Of a DNA stretch of 64,000 nucleotides, positions 46,432-61,400 are shown in pieces. The position numbers and the translations under genes were made by a program. This DNA is from Macrostomum lignano (taxonomy: Eukaryota). Below the pieces are notes generated by a model. The model was not told the DNA's origin. It ran no database searches and saw nothing but the letters and a program-made list of their open reading frames with translations. The DNA is taken from the NCBI GenBank assembly GCA_002269645.1, contig NIVC01003894.1, forward strand, positions 7,076 to 71,075, read 5' to 3'. Numbering within the stretch: the stretch's first letter is position 1; each line of letters starts with the position of its first letter.

Positions 46432-49400
46432 ATGTCTGAAGTTGACACACCAGTCCTCCTTGAAAATATCTCTGAGCTTGCAAAACTTTTGTCTGAGGTG
46501 AGCTTTAGTGTTTATACAATATATTTGCAAATAGATTCAGGTTTTCTAACAAGCTATGCTATATGAGAGAGGAAAATTGAGCTTTCAAAAGCTTTCTGGC
46601 AGGTGAATGCTCGGTCACAATGATTGACTGGCGCAGAATTAATTTTCCATTTCCCTCTCTCGCCCCTCAAGTCTAACCGAGTAGACGGCTATGTGATCAG
46701 CCAGTACCACAAGCTCAGGGAGCTGTTTGGCCGCTATGAGACGGCCCATTCGGTGGAAAGCCAGTTTCGCGTTGTGAGTTTTTTGAACTATAAAAGCCAT
46801 TTAATTGAAGAAAAACCAAACTAGCTCTGAATGAAGAATTGAGTTTCAGCCATGACTTGTGCCCCTTCCCTCGTGCAGGCCTCGCCAGACACAGCCATCT
46901 GCTCCGAGCATAGCGAAGATGAGCTGGCCGCGGATGCCAACACTGTGAGTGGAGTGCAGCTCGTTTCTGCTATCGTTTTTTTGCTCATTTTTATATCAAA
47001 ATAATAGATTTTTATATGGATATTTTGTAAGAAAATTGTCATTTGGGAGCTGGTGAATTCTACAGTGGTTGGCATCCGGCTGAGTCGTACTAAAACTGCC
47101 GCTCAAACCCCCCTCCCCCCAACTAAACAGTTGCGCATCCTCAACTCTGAGCTGGAGCAGCGCGACCTGGCAATTCAGAAGCTCACGGCGCAGGTCAAGT
47201 CGCTATCGGCTGTCAACGAAAAACTGAACATCGACCTGGAGATGCAGCGGACTGTCGTGTTCGAGGAGATGAAGAACCTATTCGACAAAATTTCCAAGGT
47301 TCTCTAACACTGTTCTGACCGTTGGGATTTCATTTTTTTGTTTTACTGTTGATAGCAAAAAATATATTCTAAATTGGCTTCAGATTCACAGCGAGCTCGA
47401 GGAAGACTCGTGCATCCGCAACGCCACAGCCGCCATGCTGCTCGGACAGGAGACCATCGAGCGCCTCGTGCGGGTTGTCTGCGACCTCAACGGCGGCGGC
47501 GACAGCAGCGCCATCAGACGGCAGGAGGATCCCGATGCCAGCCTGTCCAGCTTTCTCGCTATGGTCAAGTCAGATCGGCTTGAATACTGTGCATGCCTGC
47601 GCCAACGCTGTAGCCTTTCCTCCGGGCTCTCCGATACCGAGGCGAAAGTTCAGTCGCTTGTTTCAGACATCCAAGCCTTTGAATTGCATGATTCGCAGCT
47701 GGACCATCTGAAGCGATACTTGGAGCTCGACTCAGAGATTCTCAGTCTCAGTCGAAACTGCCTGCGCGGGGACAGCCGCAACATAGATTGGCGGCCCGGT
47801 GGGAAGCTGCATCCGAGCCGTTCCTACCCGGGGATCGGAGATCAGCTGCCGGGCGTGATCTCCCTCGCTTGCATTGAGCAGTCAGCAGCATTTGCATCTG
47901 CCGCTTCTAGCCAGTCAAGTTTGAACAAATCTGCTGCGTCTGAGGTCGCTGAGTTCCAGCAGAAAGTAGCCTCACTTTCTCGGTCACTGTCAAAGTCGCT
48001 CGATGTATTCCTAGAAAGCCAGCGAAGGGTTTCTATTTCTGCCGCTGGTCCAACACAGCCTCTTCGACCTAGCAAGAGTGCCGATTGTATTGAAGATTCC
48101 GCTGCAGAAGAATTCATAGCCGAAATAAATAGTCGTGGGCAAAAACGTGGCATGTGTGACCAGGGCACCCAGTGGGAAGCCCCCATGTTCACATACATGG
48201 CAAGCTCTCGCGACTACCTTGATAAGGACAGCAGTGTTTCCGGTATTCGAGTCAAAAATCTTACTCAAGGTGAAGTCAAAATTCAAGAAAATGTAACAAA
48301 TTTGGATTCTGAAGAGATGTGTATGCATACAGTTGTTTCCGAGTCTGCAGTACCGTCAGTCGTTTTTAATGTTTCATCAGATCGGCCCCATAAGCTTGAA
48401 AAGGGTACAGAATACATGAAAACTACCACAGCTGCAGTTGGTACTTTGACGGACGAGACTGGTCCACTGCTTACTACTGACATTGCTACAGGACGCGAGC
48501 GGACATGTAACGCCGCAGTTGAATTTGTCCCATGTTTTAACAGCGTTGATGTAGCTACTCTAACCTCTTTAGAACTTTGTGATGCATCTATAGAATGCCA
48601 ACAAGTCTTTAAACAGGATGCCTCTGTGGACAACATCAGACAGTTTAGCAGCCGCTACACGTCAACAGACGTTTCTGATACTTCTGATGCATCTACTGAG
48701 TTTAACGAAGTTTCAAGTGTCGAAGCATCTGTAACATGTTCTAATCTGCTCATCAGTGTTGCCGTTTCCACAGAGCATCCGCTAGTATCTGACGCAATTG
48801 TTGGAAGCGATATAGAGTTCTCTTGCTGCGAAAAAGCTGTCCAGTCTGTAAAAAATGCAAAAGAAGCGAGCATTTCGACGGATGTCCTTCTGATGTCTGA
48901 CGCAAGTACAGACTGTGAATGCCCTTCTAGAAGAGAAGCTGCTTCTGAATGTACTATTCAAGTTAAAAACGCTAGCTGCGGTGCTGAGCGTATTGAAGAA
49001 GCTACCAACTGCGATGAAATTGTTGTTCACGATGCAGCCATTGAATGTACGGTCGTATTGTCAAGTTCATATGTATCCACAGAGACCATTGAGATATCCG
49101 ATGCTGGTACAAATTGTGAGCCAAAGATTGTGAAAGATGCAGCTATTGACTGTTTATTGACAGTAAGAAATGCAGATTTATCCACAGAAGTAATTCGCAT
49201 GACGGAGACAAGCACCAACACGCCAAATCGTACTTCAACAGGAACTATTACTGATTCTTGTTTTAGTGGCTCCATGGACGTAGGCACGGATACACCTTTT
49301 GATAATTTCGCTGAAGCCACTCAGTGCGCGGGCGGTGAAGGAGTTAAAGGAAAAGATGTAAAAGTATGCACGCCACAATTGGAAAGATTTGAAGCAAGTA

Positions 49401-52400
49401 CAGATGGCACTGAGATGGCAGCTGATCAAGAAAGCCTAGCACAAGTCTTTGAGAGCTCTGATTTACGACAACCTGCTGATATAGCTACACATTATCAAAG
49501 TACCTCCAAAGTTAGCGATGCTATTAAAGGCAATGAAGCTACTACTACATCGACTGCACTCCTTGATAGTGGCTTTGTATGCAGAGAAATAAAAGCAACT
49601 AGCGATGCAAGTACGACCGCGAAAATGGAAGCCGACACGCGTGTGTTGGTTGATGCAAGCACCGAGAGTTTTAATCAAGCGCTAGTCAATGCAGAAGTGG
49701 ATTGTTCAATCAGAGTTACTAGTGTATGTGTATCAACTGATGCTTTTCAAAGTCGTGATGCATACACGATTGTTTCTAGCAGCGATGCAAGCATGGACTC
49801 AGAGCTGGGAATTTCCAAAGCTAAAGTGTTAATGGACAGCCAAAAAAACACTGATGCTTCATCAGCACCGAAACATTCTTTTGATCTAGTTGATCATACT
49901 GTAGTACATCCGCTTTTTTGCGATGCGTATTCGGCCACAGACAAAGCTATTCTAATTGATGCGAGTACCGATACAGAATTGGACTCTGGTTTCCCTGGAT
50001 TCCCAGTAGCTGCAGAAATGCTTGATGCTAGCGTTCAATGTGCTTTTGCATATAGTTCAGATAGTGTTCGCGAATTTTTTGGCGCTCAAAACAGTAAGTT
50101 CAAAATTGAAGCCGACAATGAGTCTACGGTCCATATAATGCATATAAAGGAGCGAAAGATGCAACAAAAAAATAGTTCTGATTCCGCTCAAGCAGCTGAT
50201 CAAGGTGCCTTAGGCGCAGCTAATACATTCATTGTGTCAGATGCTAGTACTCAAAGTGCAATGAGAAAAACTCGCAGTTGCAAAGAATTGTTTACAAGTG
50301 CTTTTAATTCTTCAGGTGCTCAGCCAATATTTCCAAGTTCAAACGTTAGTGATTTGCAAGAAGGAAGCGGTGCTCCATCAGATGCTAGTTTAGAATTTCG
50401 CAAGCCTCTGCTATCCGATTCTTCAGTTGATTGTACAATCATGACCGTTGATGCTCACACAACCACAGAATACTTTACTGCACCGGATATCCAGTATGCA
50501 GAAAATATGACTTCAGGCACTGATCCATCCAGTACTTGTGTTCCTTCTCGGACTGAAAATACTCGCGGTTTTTTTCACGACCAGGCATCTGTTTCTGATA
50601 ATAATGACCCGGCAAGAGAAAGCGCTTCCATTGCGGAGAGCAAAGTGGATTTTCCAACAGTTAAGAGCCTCTCAGAAAGCGGTTTTGTAACATCAGATCC
50701 TGCATGTGCCGAGACAGTTTTCAGACAATTTGATGCAGCCTTAATGACACAACCGAGATTCGGAGCAGCTAATGAATCAGTTCTTGAAGTACCAACATAT
50801 TTCCAATCCGACGAGGCAAAGAATCATGCTGTCTCTGCACCAAGCTCACTTCAAATGGAAGTCATGCATGATTATGTTCAAGGTGACGCAACATTTGAGT
50901 TGGACACCACCCAACAGCCTTTAATGTGACCGCTCGCAATTCTATGTCTGTTGAAACACAGACAGAAGTTCTAAGCCACCAAACCTTCGTGGAACGATAC
51001 AACGAAGAGATGAAAGTTGTCCTTCGTGACCTAAATATGCAAGTGTTCACTCTGTCTAACCAGAATATCAGTCTATCTGATGAGAACAGAGGTCTCAAAG
51101 AAGCGCTTGATTTTACACGATCCCTTATTGATGAATTTGAGTTGGAAGTATGTCGACTCTCTGATGAGCGGCAAGCCTTACGAGCTGAGTCAGAAACTAA
51201 GGACGTAAATCTTTCTCAGGCTAGTAATCACATCAAACAGCTCGTTGATCGATTGACCTGTTTGCAGACCGAAATTGATAAAGTGGGCGAAAAAGTATCA
51301 AAGGACTTCAATCAGCAAATTGGACTGCTGCCATCTGTAAACGGAGACTTATTGGCTAGACTTGATCGCTTATCGTTGGACGTTCTTGAGAAAAAATGTA
51401 TTCTTGAAACTATTTCGAGGCAACTCAAAAATCGCACATTTTTGAGAGCACCATTTAAAAGAGGGCAGCAAAAATCCGAATTCAATATACTAGATGAGCT
51501 TGATCACCTTATTTCTAGCCACGACCGAGCGTTGCAATCAGAATCCGAAATCCGTCGCCAGAATACATACCTTGAGGAGCTTTTGCGCATTAAGGACTCA
51601 AAATTAGTACAACTGGTAGAATTAAATCAAAGTCTGGAACAAAATATGGAGATACTTCGAGAAAAGTTACAGAGTTTCTTAGTAGATACGAGTTCTCAGC
51701 ATCATGTTAGTACTACAGCCCTCGCTCAATGTGAGGAATTTTTCGAAGAAAACGAGTTCTCGCATGATTTAGAGTATACATGCACATCGGAAACTGTTGG
51801 CCTTATAGATAGTAGTGGCTATACACTTCACGAAACAAGCGATCTTGGTGTTGCACATCAAATAGACGAATACACACAGCGCAAAAGTAGTGCGCTATTT
51901 GGACTTCAAACGGAAACCAACGAAATTATCAGGCTCTCGTCCAAAACATTTCGAATCAGAAGATGTGAGAGCTTACCCAATATTCTAATTTCAGCAAGCA
52001 TGCCACCTGTTCTAAGTATAGATCATACGATTCGAAAGATAATTGGACAAAAAGAGGAAAATTTAGCTCAAAATGCAGGCACAGGACATGCCAGCACCAG
52101 CGCAGAACTCGAGTTTGCTGATGCATCCAGTGGACTAAGCGAAGAGAGAGCTGATGCCAGCACAGACGTAAAGCTGGAATTTGCAGATGCATCGAGCAGA
52201 CTAAGCGACGAGAGAGTTGATGCCAGCACAAGCGCAAAACTCGAAGTTGCTGATGCGTCGAGTAGTGCAACTAAAGAAAGTATCGACGCAAGCACAAGCG
52301 CAAAAGTCAACATTGCTGATGCATCCAGTGGACTAAGCAAAGAGAGAGCTGATGCCAGCACCAGCGCAAAGCTCGAATGTGCTGATGCATCGAGCGGACT

Positions 52401-55400
52401 AAGCAAAGAGAGAGCTGATGCCAGCACCAGCGCAAAGCTCGAATTTGCTGATGCATCGAGCGGACTAAGCAAAGAGAGAGTGATGCCAGCACCAGCGCAA
52501 AACTCGAATTTGCTGATGCATCGAGCGGACTAAGCAGAGAGAGAGCTGATGCCAGCACCAGCCCAAAGGTCGAATTTGCTGATGCATCGAGCGGACTAAG
52601 CAAAGAGAGAGCTGATGCCAGCACCAGCGCAAAGCTCGAGTTTGCTGATGCATCGAGCGGACTAAGCAAAGAGACAGTTGATGCCAGCACAGACGCAAAA
52701 CTCGAGTATGCTGATGCATCGAGCGGACTAAGCGAAGAGAGAGTCGATGCCAGCACCAACGCGAAACTCGAAGTTGCTGATGCTTCGAGTAGTCCAACTA
52801 AAGAATGTATCGACCCAAGCACAAGCGCAAAACTCGAAATTGCTGATGCATCCAGTGAACTAAGTGAAGAGAGAGCTGATGCCAGCACAAGCGCCAATAT
52901 CGAAGTTGCTGAAGCATCGAGTGGACTAAGTGAAGAGAGAGCTGATGCCAGCACAAGCGCAAAGCTCGAATTTGCTGATGCATCCAGTGGACTAAGTGAA
53001 GAGAGAGCTGATGCCAGCACAGACGCAAAACTCGAGTATGCTGATGCATCGAGCGGACTAAGCGAAGAGGGAGTTGATGCCAGCACCAACGCGAAACTCG
53101 AAGTTGCTGATGCTTCGAGTCGTCCAACTAAAGAAAGTATCGACGCAAGCACAAGCGCAAAACTCGAAATTGCTGATGCATCCAGTGGACTAAGCGACGA
53201 GAGAGTTGATGCCAGCACAAGCGCTAAACTCGAATTTGCTGATGCATCCAGTGGACTAAGCAAAGAGAGAGTTGATGCCAGCACAGACGCAAAACTCGAG
53301 TATGCTGATGCATCGAGCGGACTAAGCGAAGAGAGAGCTGATGCCAGCACAAGCGCAAAACTCGAAATTGCTGATGCATCCAGTGGACTAAGCGAAGAGA
53401 GAGTTGATGCCAGCACAAGCGCAAAACTCGAAGTTGCTGATGCGTCGAGTAGTTCAACTAAAGAAAGTATCGACACAAGCGCAAAACTCGAAATTGCTGA
53501 TGCATCAAGTGGTTTTACTCAAGAAGGTGTTGACGCAAGCACAAGCGCAAAAGTCAACATTGCTGATGCATCCAGTGGACTAAGCAAAGAGAGAGCTAAT
53601 GCCAGCACCAGCGCAAAACTCGAATTTGCTGATGCATCGAGTGGACTAAGTGAAGAGAGAGCTGATGCCAGCACAAGCGCAAAGCTCGAATTTGCTGATG
53701 CATCGAGCGGACTAAGCAAAGAGAGAGCTGATGCCAGCACAGACGCAAAACTCGAGTATGCTGATGCATCGAGCGGACTAAGCGAAGAGAGAGTTGATGC
53801 CAGCACAAGCGCAAAACTCGAAGTTGCTGATGCATCCAGTGGACTAAGCGAAGAGAGAGTTGATGCCAGCACAAGCGCAAAACTCGAAGTTGCTGATGCG
53901 TCGAGTAGTGCAACTAAAGAAAGTATCGACGCAAGCACAAGCGCAAAACTCGAAATTGCTGATGCATCCAGTGGACTAAGCGAAGAGAGAGTTGATGCCA
54001 GCACAAGCGCAAAACTCGAATTTGCTGATGCATCCAGTGGACTAAGCAAAGAGAGAGCTGATGCCAGCACAAGCGCAAAACTCGAATTTGCTGATGCATC
54101 GAGCGGACTAAGCAAAGAGAGAGTTGATGCCAGCACAAGCGCAAAACTCGAAGTTGCTGATGCATCGAGTAGTGCAACTAAAGAAAGTATCGACGCAAGC
54201 ACAAGCGCAAAAATCAAAATTGCTGATGCATCCAGTGGACTAAGCGAAGAGAGAGTTGATGCCAGCACAGACGCAAAACTCGAAGTTGCTGATGCGTCCA
54301 GTGGACTAAGCAAAGAGAGAGCTGATGCCAGCACAAGCGCAAAACTCGAATTTGCTGATGCATCCAGTGGTTTTACTCAAGAAGGTGTTGACGCAAGCAC
54401 AAGCGCAAAAGTCAACATTGCTGATGCATCCAGTGGACTAAGCGAAGAGAGAGATGATGCCAGCACAGACGCAAAACTCGAAGTTGCTGATGCGTCCAGT
54501 GGACTAAGCAAAGAGAGAGCTGATGCCAGCACAAGCGCAAAACTCGAAGTTGCTGATGCGTCCAGTGGACTAAGCAAAGAGAGAGCTGATGCCAGCACCA
54601 GCGCAAAACTCGAAGTTGCTGATGCGTCGAGTAGTGCAACTAAAGAAAGTATCGACGCAAGCACAAGCGCAAAACTCGAATTTGCTGATGCATCCAGTGG
54701 TTTTACTCAAGAAGGTGTTGACGCAAGCACAAGCGCAAAAGTCAACATTGCTGATGCATCCAGTGGACTAAGCAAAGAGAGAGCTGATGCCAGCACAAGC
54801 GCAAAACTCGAATTTGCTGATGCATCGAGCGGACTAAGCGAAGAGAGAGTTGATGCCAGCACAAGCGCAAAACTCGAATTTGCAGATGCATCGAGCGGAT
54901 TAAGCGAAAAGAGAGCTGATGCCAGCACAAGCGCTAAAGTCGAAATTGCAGATGCATCGAGTGGTCCAACTAAAGAAAGTATCGACGCCAGCACAAGCAC
55001 AAAGATCGAATTTTCTGATGCTTCCAGTGGATTCACTGACGAGAGAATTGAGACAAGCGCGAGCACAAAACTTGAATTGCCTGTTGCCTCGATTGGCCAA
55101 ACTGAAAAACCAGATTTAACAGATACTCTTGTCACAAGTTCATATATTTTCGCTAAAGATAAGTTGAAGGCGTCCCTAAGCATGAGTGATCTTCATTTGC
55201 TACGTCAGGAATCAGAGAATCAACCCTTCGAGTCGTCTACTAAGGCATCTGCTTCACTCAAGAAACCAGTTATTCATGAGGATTTAACTAATACAGCTAA
55301 TTGGAGTGGTTCAAAGAGGCAATCTGGTTTAGACTTTTTGTTATCCTCTTTTATCGGCCCTAGATGTAATAGTCGCTGTTTAGACAAGGTGGCTCTAAAC

Positions 55401-58400
55401 ACACGATTAATTTCTCAGTCTGAAAGTTGCCTCGCAGTTGTTTCCTTGTCCTGTGATGCCTTCTGTCAAACGGATTCACCAGTCATGCCAGCTACATCAG
55501 CTTCATCAGAAGATTCCCATCAAAGAGTTGTTGAGCTCGGGCAAATTGCCTGGAACTCCGTCGCAGCAAACACGTTGAATTTGCACTCCGATGTCGATGA
55601 ATCTGAAGACGATTTTTATTCTGTTTCATCTGATATTCAACACATTGGACCAGATTATTCGTTTTTAGAGAGCCCTAACTCTAAATTTGAATTTCGCCAA
55701 CTTCAAGACTTGTATGAAAATGCGCTCAAAGAGAAAGAGACAATGCACAAGAAGCTTGAAGCTCTTGTAAACCGATCGGCCGAACTTGAGCAGACAATTG
55801 ACTTAGTTGCCGAGCGTGAGCGCATTCTTAGTGCGACAAATCGATCGTTAATGGAAGAAAAGGAAGTTCTAGAAGCGCGGTTAGAAATTTTGAGACACGA
55901 AAGGTCATCAATAGCCATTAATAATTCTAAATTGCAGGAATCACTTAGTTCGACTGAGCGGTTAAATAGCCAATTAAAGGCCGAAAGTGATGCCCTTCTA
56001 GCTGCAAAAAAGAATGCTGTGGCGGAGCAGGACCAATTGAGGGCTCATATAGATTCCATGAAATCAGAATTGTCCACACTGCACCAACTAATAGCCGAGG
56101 TAAAATCAGCAGAGGCTATCCTGCAGGAAAATAAGGAGCACCAGGCGCAGCAAATTCTTGCGGCAAATGATACGATCAAAGAAATGTCAATTGAAAAAGC
56201 TGCTCTTCAAGAAGAACAGCGTAAAATTGAGCAAAAGAATAAGAAGTTAGAAACTACGCTGAGAGCAACCGAATCAAAGTTCCAAGAGCTTTTGGACTCT
56301 CGAACTAAAGTCTATGAAGAAAAGCTGCAAATTGAAGAGAAACTCGCAGATGCTGAAAATCGAGCTTTTAACTTTCAACAACAGCTAGAGACTCGCTCAT
56401 TGTCTAATCCATCCGGTTTAGATCCTAACTGGGGAGATTCTCTATCCTGCAAGCCCTTTGATGACGAGACTGAAGCAAGTCCCACATATTTGAAAAATGC
56501 GTTGATTGAAGTTGCCGCTGAACGCGACGTTCTCGCACAAGATCTTGCAGAAATTCGTAGAGAGGCAAATGAACTGGAGTCTAAAAATGTTCTGTTGTCT
56601 GAGCAGATAAGACAACAAGACGAGTTGATTTTAAGTTTAAATTCGGAAGTAGATAACAGAGATGTCGAATTGAAGAGCAACGCTCTGAGTTAGAAAGTAA
56701 TAATGCTCGGATTGAGTCTCTTTTGTCTGAGACAAAAGATTTAAAGGCAATTGTTGCCAGACTAGAGACGGATTCATCCTTTTTCCGTGAATCTTTTTCA
56801 GAGGAGCTTAAAAATCTGACGAATGCTTATTATACTGGTTCAGATACCACTGTCATTACGGCAAATGCTTCTTCGCAAACGGATAATCAAGAATCTAACG
56901 AAGGCACTACTTTGTATAGTCAATGCGTAGAAGGTATTCAAAGCCTCAGCTACTATAAAAATGCCTTAAAAGAGTTGTTAAAAACAGTAAGAAGTCAGAG
57001 TCTTAGATTAGATCAACTCGCATCAGAGAAATCATCACTTCAGTCTGCTTTGCTAGTATCGACCGACCTAGTCGACATCGCAAATGCACCACAAGAAGTT
57101 TTGCACGAATGCAAAGGCACAAGCACTGCACTTAAGCTGATTGATTCTGCAGCACAAACTTCTGTATATTTGAATGATTCAGAAGTCCCTACTTACTCTA
57201 CTCCTAATACGATCTCACAGCGGCGCTTATTTAATGCTCTTAATTCCCCTCACTTGAAAGATTCTGGATTTAGTGCACCATCCGCGCTTGTTTTTTCCTG
57301 TGACGAGGAGACGCCAACACAAGACTCGAATGTAATTTCAAAAAAAGACTTCTGGTGCTATGCATTACCTACAACTACTGAAGCCAGTAGTCAAATTCCT
57401 GAGAAATTGGATGTGCCCAACAATGCTCTTAGCCTAAATTCAGATAGGACAGTTTCCTCCATCACTGGAGCTGATATCGAGCACAGTGGGTTCGGTTCTG
57501 GATCAGACAGACCTGACAGACAGGCCACTGCGGGCTTAAGTACAGAGCTTCTCCATAGTGATGCAAGCTCAGGTTCAACGGAAGCTGAAGCTCAACATAG
57601 TAAGCTTGATTCTAGTTTAAATGCTGAGGGTCTCCACATGGATGTAAGTATAGACTCATCAAACAGCAGCGTTGATACCAGCACTGGTGCTGCAGTCAAT
57701 TACATGCATAGTAAAATTAGTTGTAAATCTACTGACGGAAAAGTCGATTCGAGCTCAAGTGCAGTGCTTTTCGAGTCTGATGCAGATCCGGATTCATCTG
57801 AAAGGATAGTAGACGCCAATACTAACACTAAATTCCAGCACGGTGAGGTCGGTTATGGATCATCTGACAGTAAAATTGATGCCAGCACAAGCACAGAGTG
57901 TCTCCAAGAAAATGTATTATCGCGTGCATCAGAACAGAATCTGGATGCTGACACTAGTGCTGAGGTCGAGAATCGTGCTGCCGACGCCAGCACAGTTGCT
58001 GCAGTCAGTTATAGTGAAATCGGTCCTGGATCTACTGACAGAAAAGTCGATTCTAGCTCAAGTGCAGTGCTTTTCAAAGCTGACGCAGGTTCAGGATCAT
58101 CTGAAAGGATAGTAGATGCCAGCACTAGCGCTGAAGTTGAGCATAGTGAAATCGGCTCAGGATCATGTGCTGAAAAAGTCGATGCTAGCTCGAGTGCGGA
58201 GTGTATTCTAATCGACGCCAGTGTAGGCTCAACGGATGACAACGTCGATGCCAGCACAGTTGCTGCAGTCAGTTATAGCGAAATCAGTTCTGGAACTACT
58301 GACGGAAAAGTCGATTCTAGCTCAAGTGCTGTGATTTTCGAAGCTGACGCAGGTCCAGGTTCATCTGAAAGGATAGTAGACGCCAGTACTAACACTGAAT

Positions 58401-61400
58401 TCCAGCACGGTGAGGTCGGTTATGGATCGTCTGACGGTAAAATTGATGCCAGCACAAGCACAGAGTGTCTCCAAGAAAATGTATTATCGCGTGCATCAGA
58501 ACAGAATCTGGATGCTGACACTAGTGCTGAGGTCGAGAATCGTGCTGCCGACGCCAGCACAGTTGCTGCAGTCAGTTATAGTGAAATCGGTCCTGGATCT
58601 ACTGACAGAAAAGTCGATTCTAGCTCAAGTGCAGTGCTTTTCAAAGCTGACGCAGGTTCAGGATCATCTGAAAGGATAGTAGATGCCAGCACTAGCGCTG
58701 AAGTTGAGCATAGTGAAATCGGCTCAGGATCATGTGCTGAAAAAGTCGATGCTAGCTCGAGTGCGGAGTGTATTCTAATCGACGCCAGTGTAGGCTCAAC
58801 GGATGACAACGTCGATGCCAGCACAGTTGCTGCAGTCAGTTATAGCGAAATCAGTTCTGGAACTACTGACGGAAAAGTCGATTCTAGCTCAAGTGCTGTG
58901 CTTTTCGAAGCTGACGCAGGTCCAGGTTCATCTGAAAGGATAGTAGACGCCAGTACTAACACTGAATTCCAGCACGGTGAGGTCGGTTATGGTTCATCTG
59001 ACAGTAAAATTGATGCCAGCACAAGCACAGAGTGTCTCCAAGAAAATGTATTATCGCGTGCATCAGAACAGAATCTGGATGCTGACACTAGTGCTGAGGT
59101 CGAGAATCGTGCTGCCGACGCCAGCACAGTTGCTGCAGTCAGTTATAGTGAAATCGGTCCTGGATCTACTGACAGAAAAGTCGATTCTAGCTCAAGTGCA
59201 GTGCTTTTCAAAGCTGACGCAGGTTCAGGATCATCTGAAAGGAAAGTAGATGCCAGCACTAGCGCTGAAGTTGAGCATAGTGAAATCGGCTCAGGATCAT
59301 GTGCTGAAAAAGTCGATGCTAGCTCGAGTGCGGAGTGTATTCTAATCGACGCCAGTGTAGGCTCAACGGATGACAACGTCGATGCCAGCACAGTTACTGC
59401 AGTCAGTTATAGCGAAATCAGTTCTGGAACTACTGACGGAAAAGTCGATTCTAGCTCAAGTGCTGTGATTTTCGAAGCTGACGCAGGTCCAGGTTCATCT
59501 GAAAGGATAGTAGACGCCAGTACTAACACTGAATTCCAGCACGGTGAGGTCGGTTATGGATCGTCTGACGGTAAAATTGATGCCAGCACAAGCACAGAGT
59601 GTCTCCAAGAAAATGTATTATCGCGTGCATCAGAACAGAATCTGGATGCTGACACTAGTGCTGAGGTCGAGAATCGTGCTGCCGACGCCAGCACAGTTGC
59701 TGCAGTCAGTTATAGTGAAATCGGTCCTGGATCTACTGACAGAAAAGTCGATTCTAGCTCAAGTGCAGTGCTTTTCAAAGCTGACGCAGGTTCAGGATCA
59801 TCTGAAAGGATAGTAGATGCCAGCACTAGCGCTGAAGTTGAGCATAGTAAAATCGGCTCAGGATCATGTGCTGAAAAAGTCGATGCTAGCTCGAGTGCGG
59901 AGTGTATTCTAATCGACGCCAGTGTAGGCTCAACGGATGACAACGTCGATGCCAGCACAGTTGCTGCAGTCAGTTATAGCGAAATCAGTTCTGGAACTAC
60001 TGACGGAAAAGTCGATTCTAGCTCAAGTGCTGTGATTTTCGAAGCTGACGCAGGTCCAGGTTCATCTGAAAGGATAGTAGACGCCAGTACTAACACTGAA
60101 TTCCAGCACGGTGAGGTCGGTTATGGATCGTCTGACGGTAAAATTGATGCCAGCACAAGCACAGAGTGTCTCCAAGATAATGTATTGTCGCGTACATCAG
60201 AACGGAATATGGATGCTGACACTAGTGCTGAGGTCGAGAATCGTGCAGCCGAAAAGATTGATAAGAGTTCAAGTGTCGAAATCGGTGTATCTGTGTGCCG
60301 AAAGTGCCTAATGAGTATCCAAGAAGACGATGCCATTTTAGTCTCAGCGGAGGGTAACGTCGATGCCAGCACATCTGCTGCAGTCAGTTATAGCGAAATC
60401 GGTCCTGGATCTACTGACAGAAAAGTCGATTCTAGCTCAAGTGCTGTGCTTTTCGAAGCTGACGCAGGTCCAGTTTCATCTGAAAGGAAAGTAGACGCCA
60501 GTACTAACACTGAATTCCAGCACGGTGAGGTCGGTTATGGATCGTCTGACGGTAAAATTGATGCCAGCACAGGCACAGAGTGTCTCCAAGATAATGTATT
60601 GTCGCGTACATCAGAACGGAATCTGGATGCTGACACTAGTGCTGAGGTCGAGAATCGTGCAGCCGAAAAGATTGATAAGAATTCAGGTGTCGAAATCGGT
60701 GTATCTGTGTGCCGAAAGTGCCGAGTGAATATCCAAGAAGACGACGCCATTGTAGTCTCAACAGAGGTAACGTCGATGCCAGCACATCTGCTGCAGTCAG
60801 TTATAGTGAAATCGGTCCTGGATCTACTGACGGAAAAGTCGATTCTAGCTTAAGTGCAGTGCTTTTCCAGGCTGATTCAGGTTCAGGTTCATCTGAAAGG
60901 AAAGTAGATGCCAGCACTAGCGCTGAAGTTGAGCATAGTGAGATCGGCTCAGGATCATGTGCTGAAAAAGTCGATGCTAGCTCGAGTGCGAAGTGTATTC
61001 TAATCGACGCCAGTGTAGGCTCAACGGATGACAACGTCGATGCCAGCACAGTTGCTGCAGTCAGTTATAGCGAAATCGGTTGTGGAAATACTGACGGAAA
61101 AGTCGATTCTAGCTCAAGTGCAGTGCTTTTCAAAGCTGACGCAGGTTCAGGATCATCTGAAAGGATAGTAGATGCCAGCACTAGCGCTGAAGTTGAGCAT
61201 AGTGAAATCGGCTCAGGATCATGTGCTGAAAAAGTCGATGCTAGCTCGAGTGCGGAGTGTATTCTAATCGACGCCAGTGTAGGCTCAACGGATGACAACG
61301 TCGATGCCAGCACAGTTACTGCAGTCAGTTATAGCGAAATCAGTTCTGGAACTACTGACGGAAAAGTCGATTCTAGCTCAAGTGCTGTGATTTTCGAAGC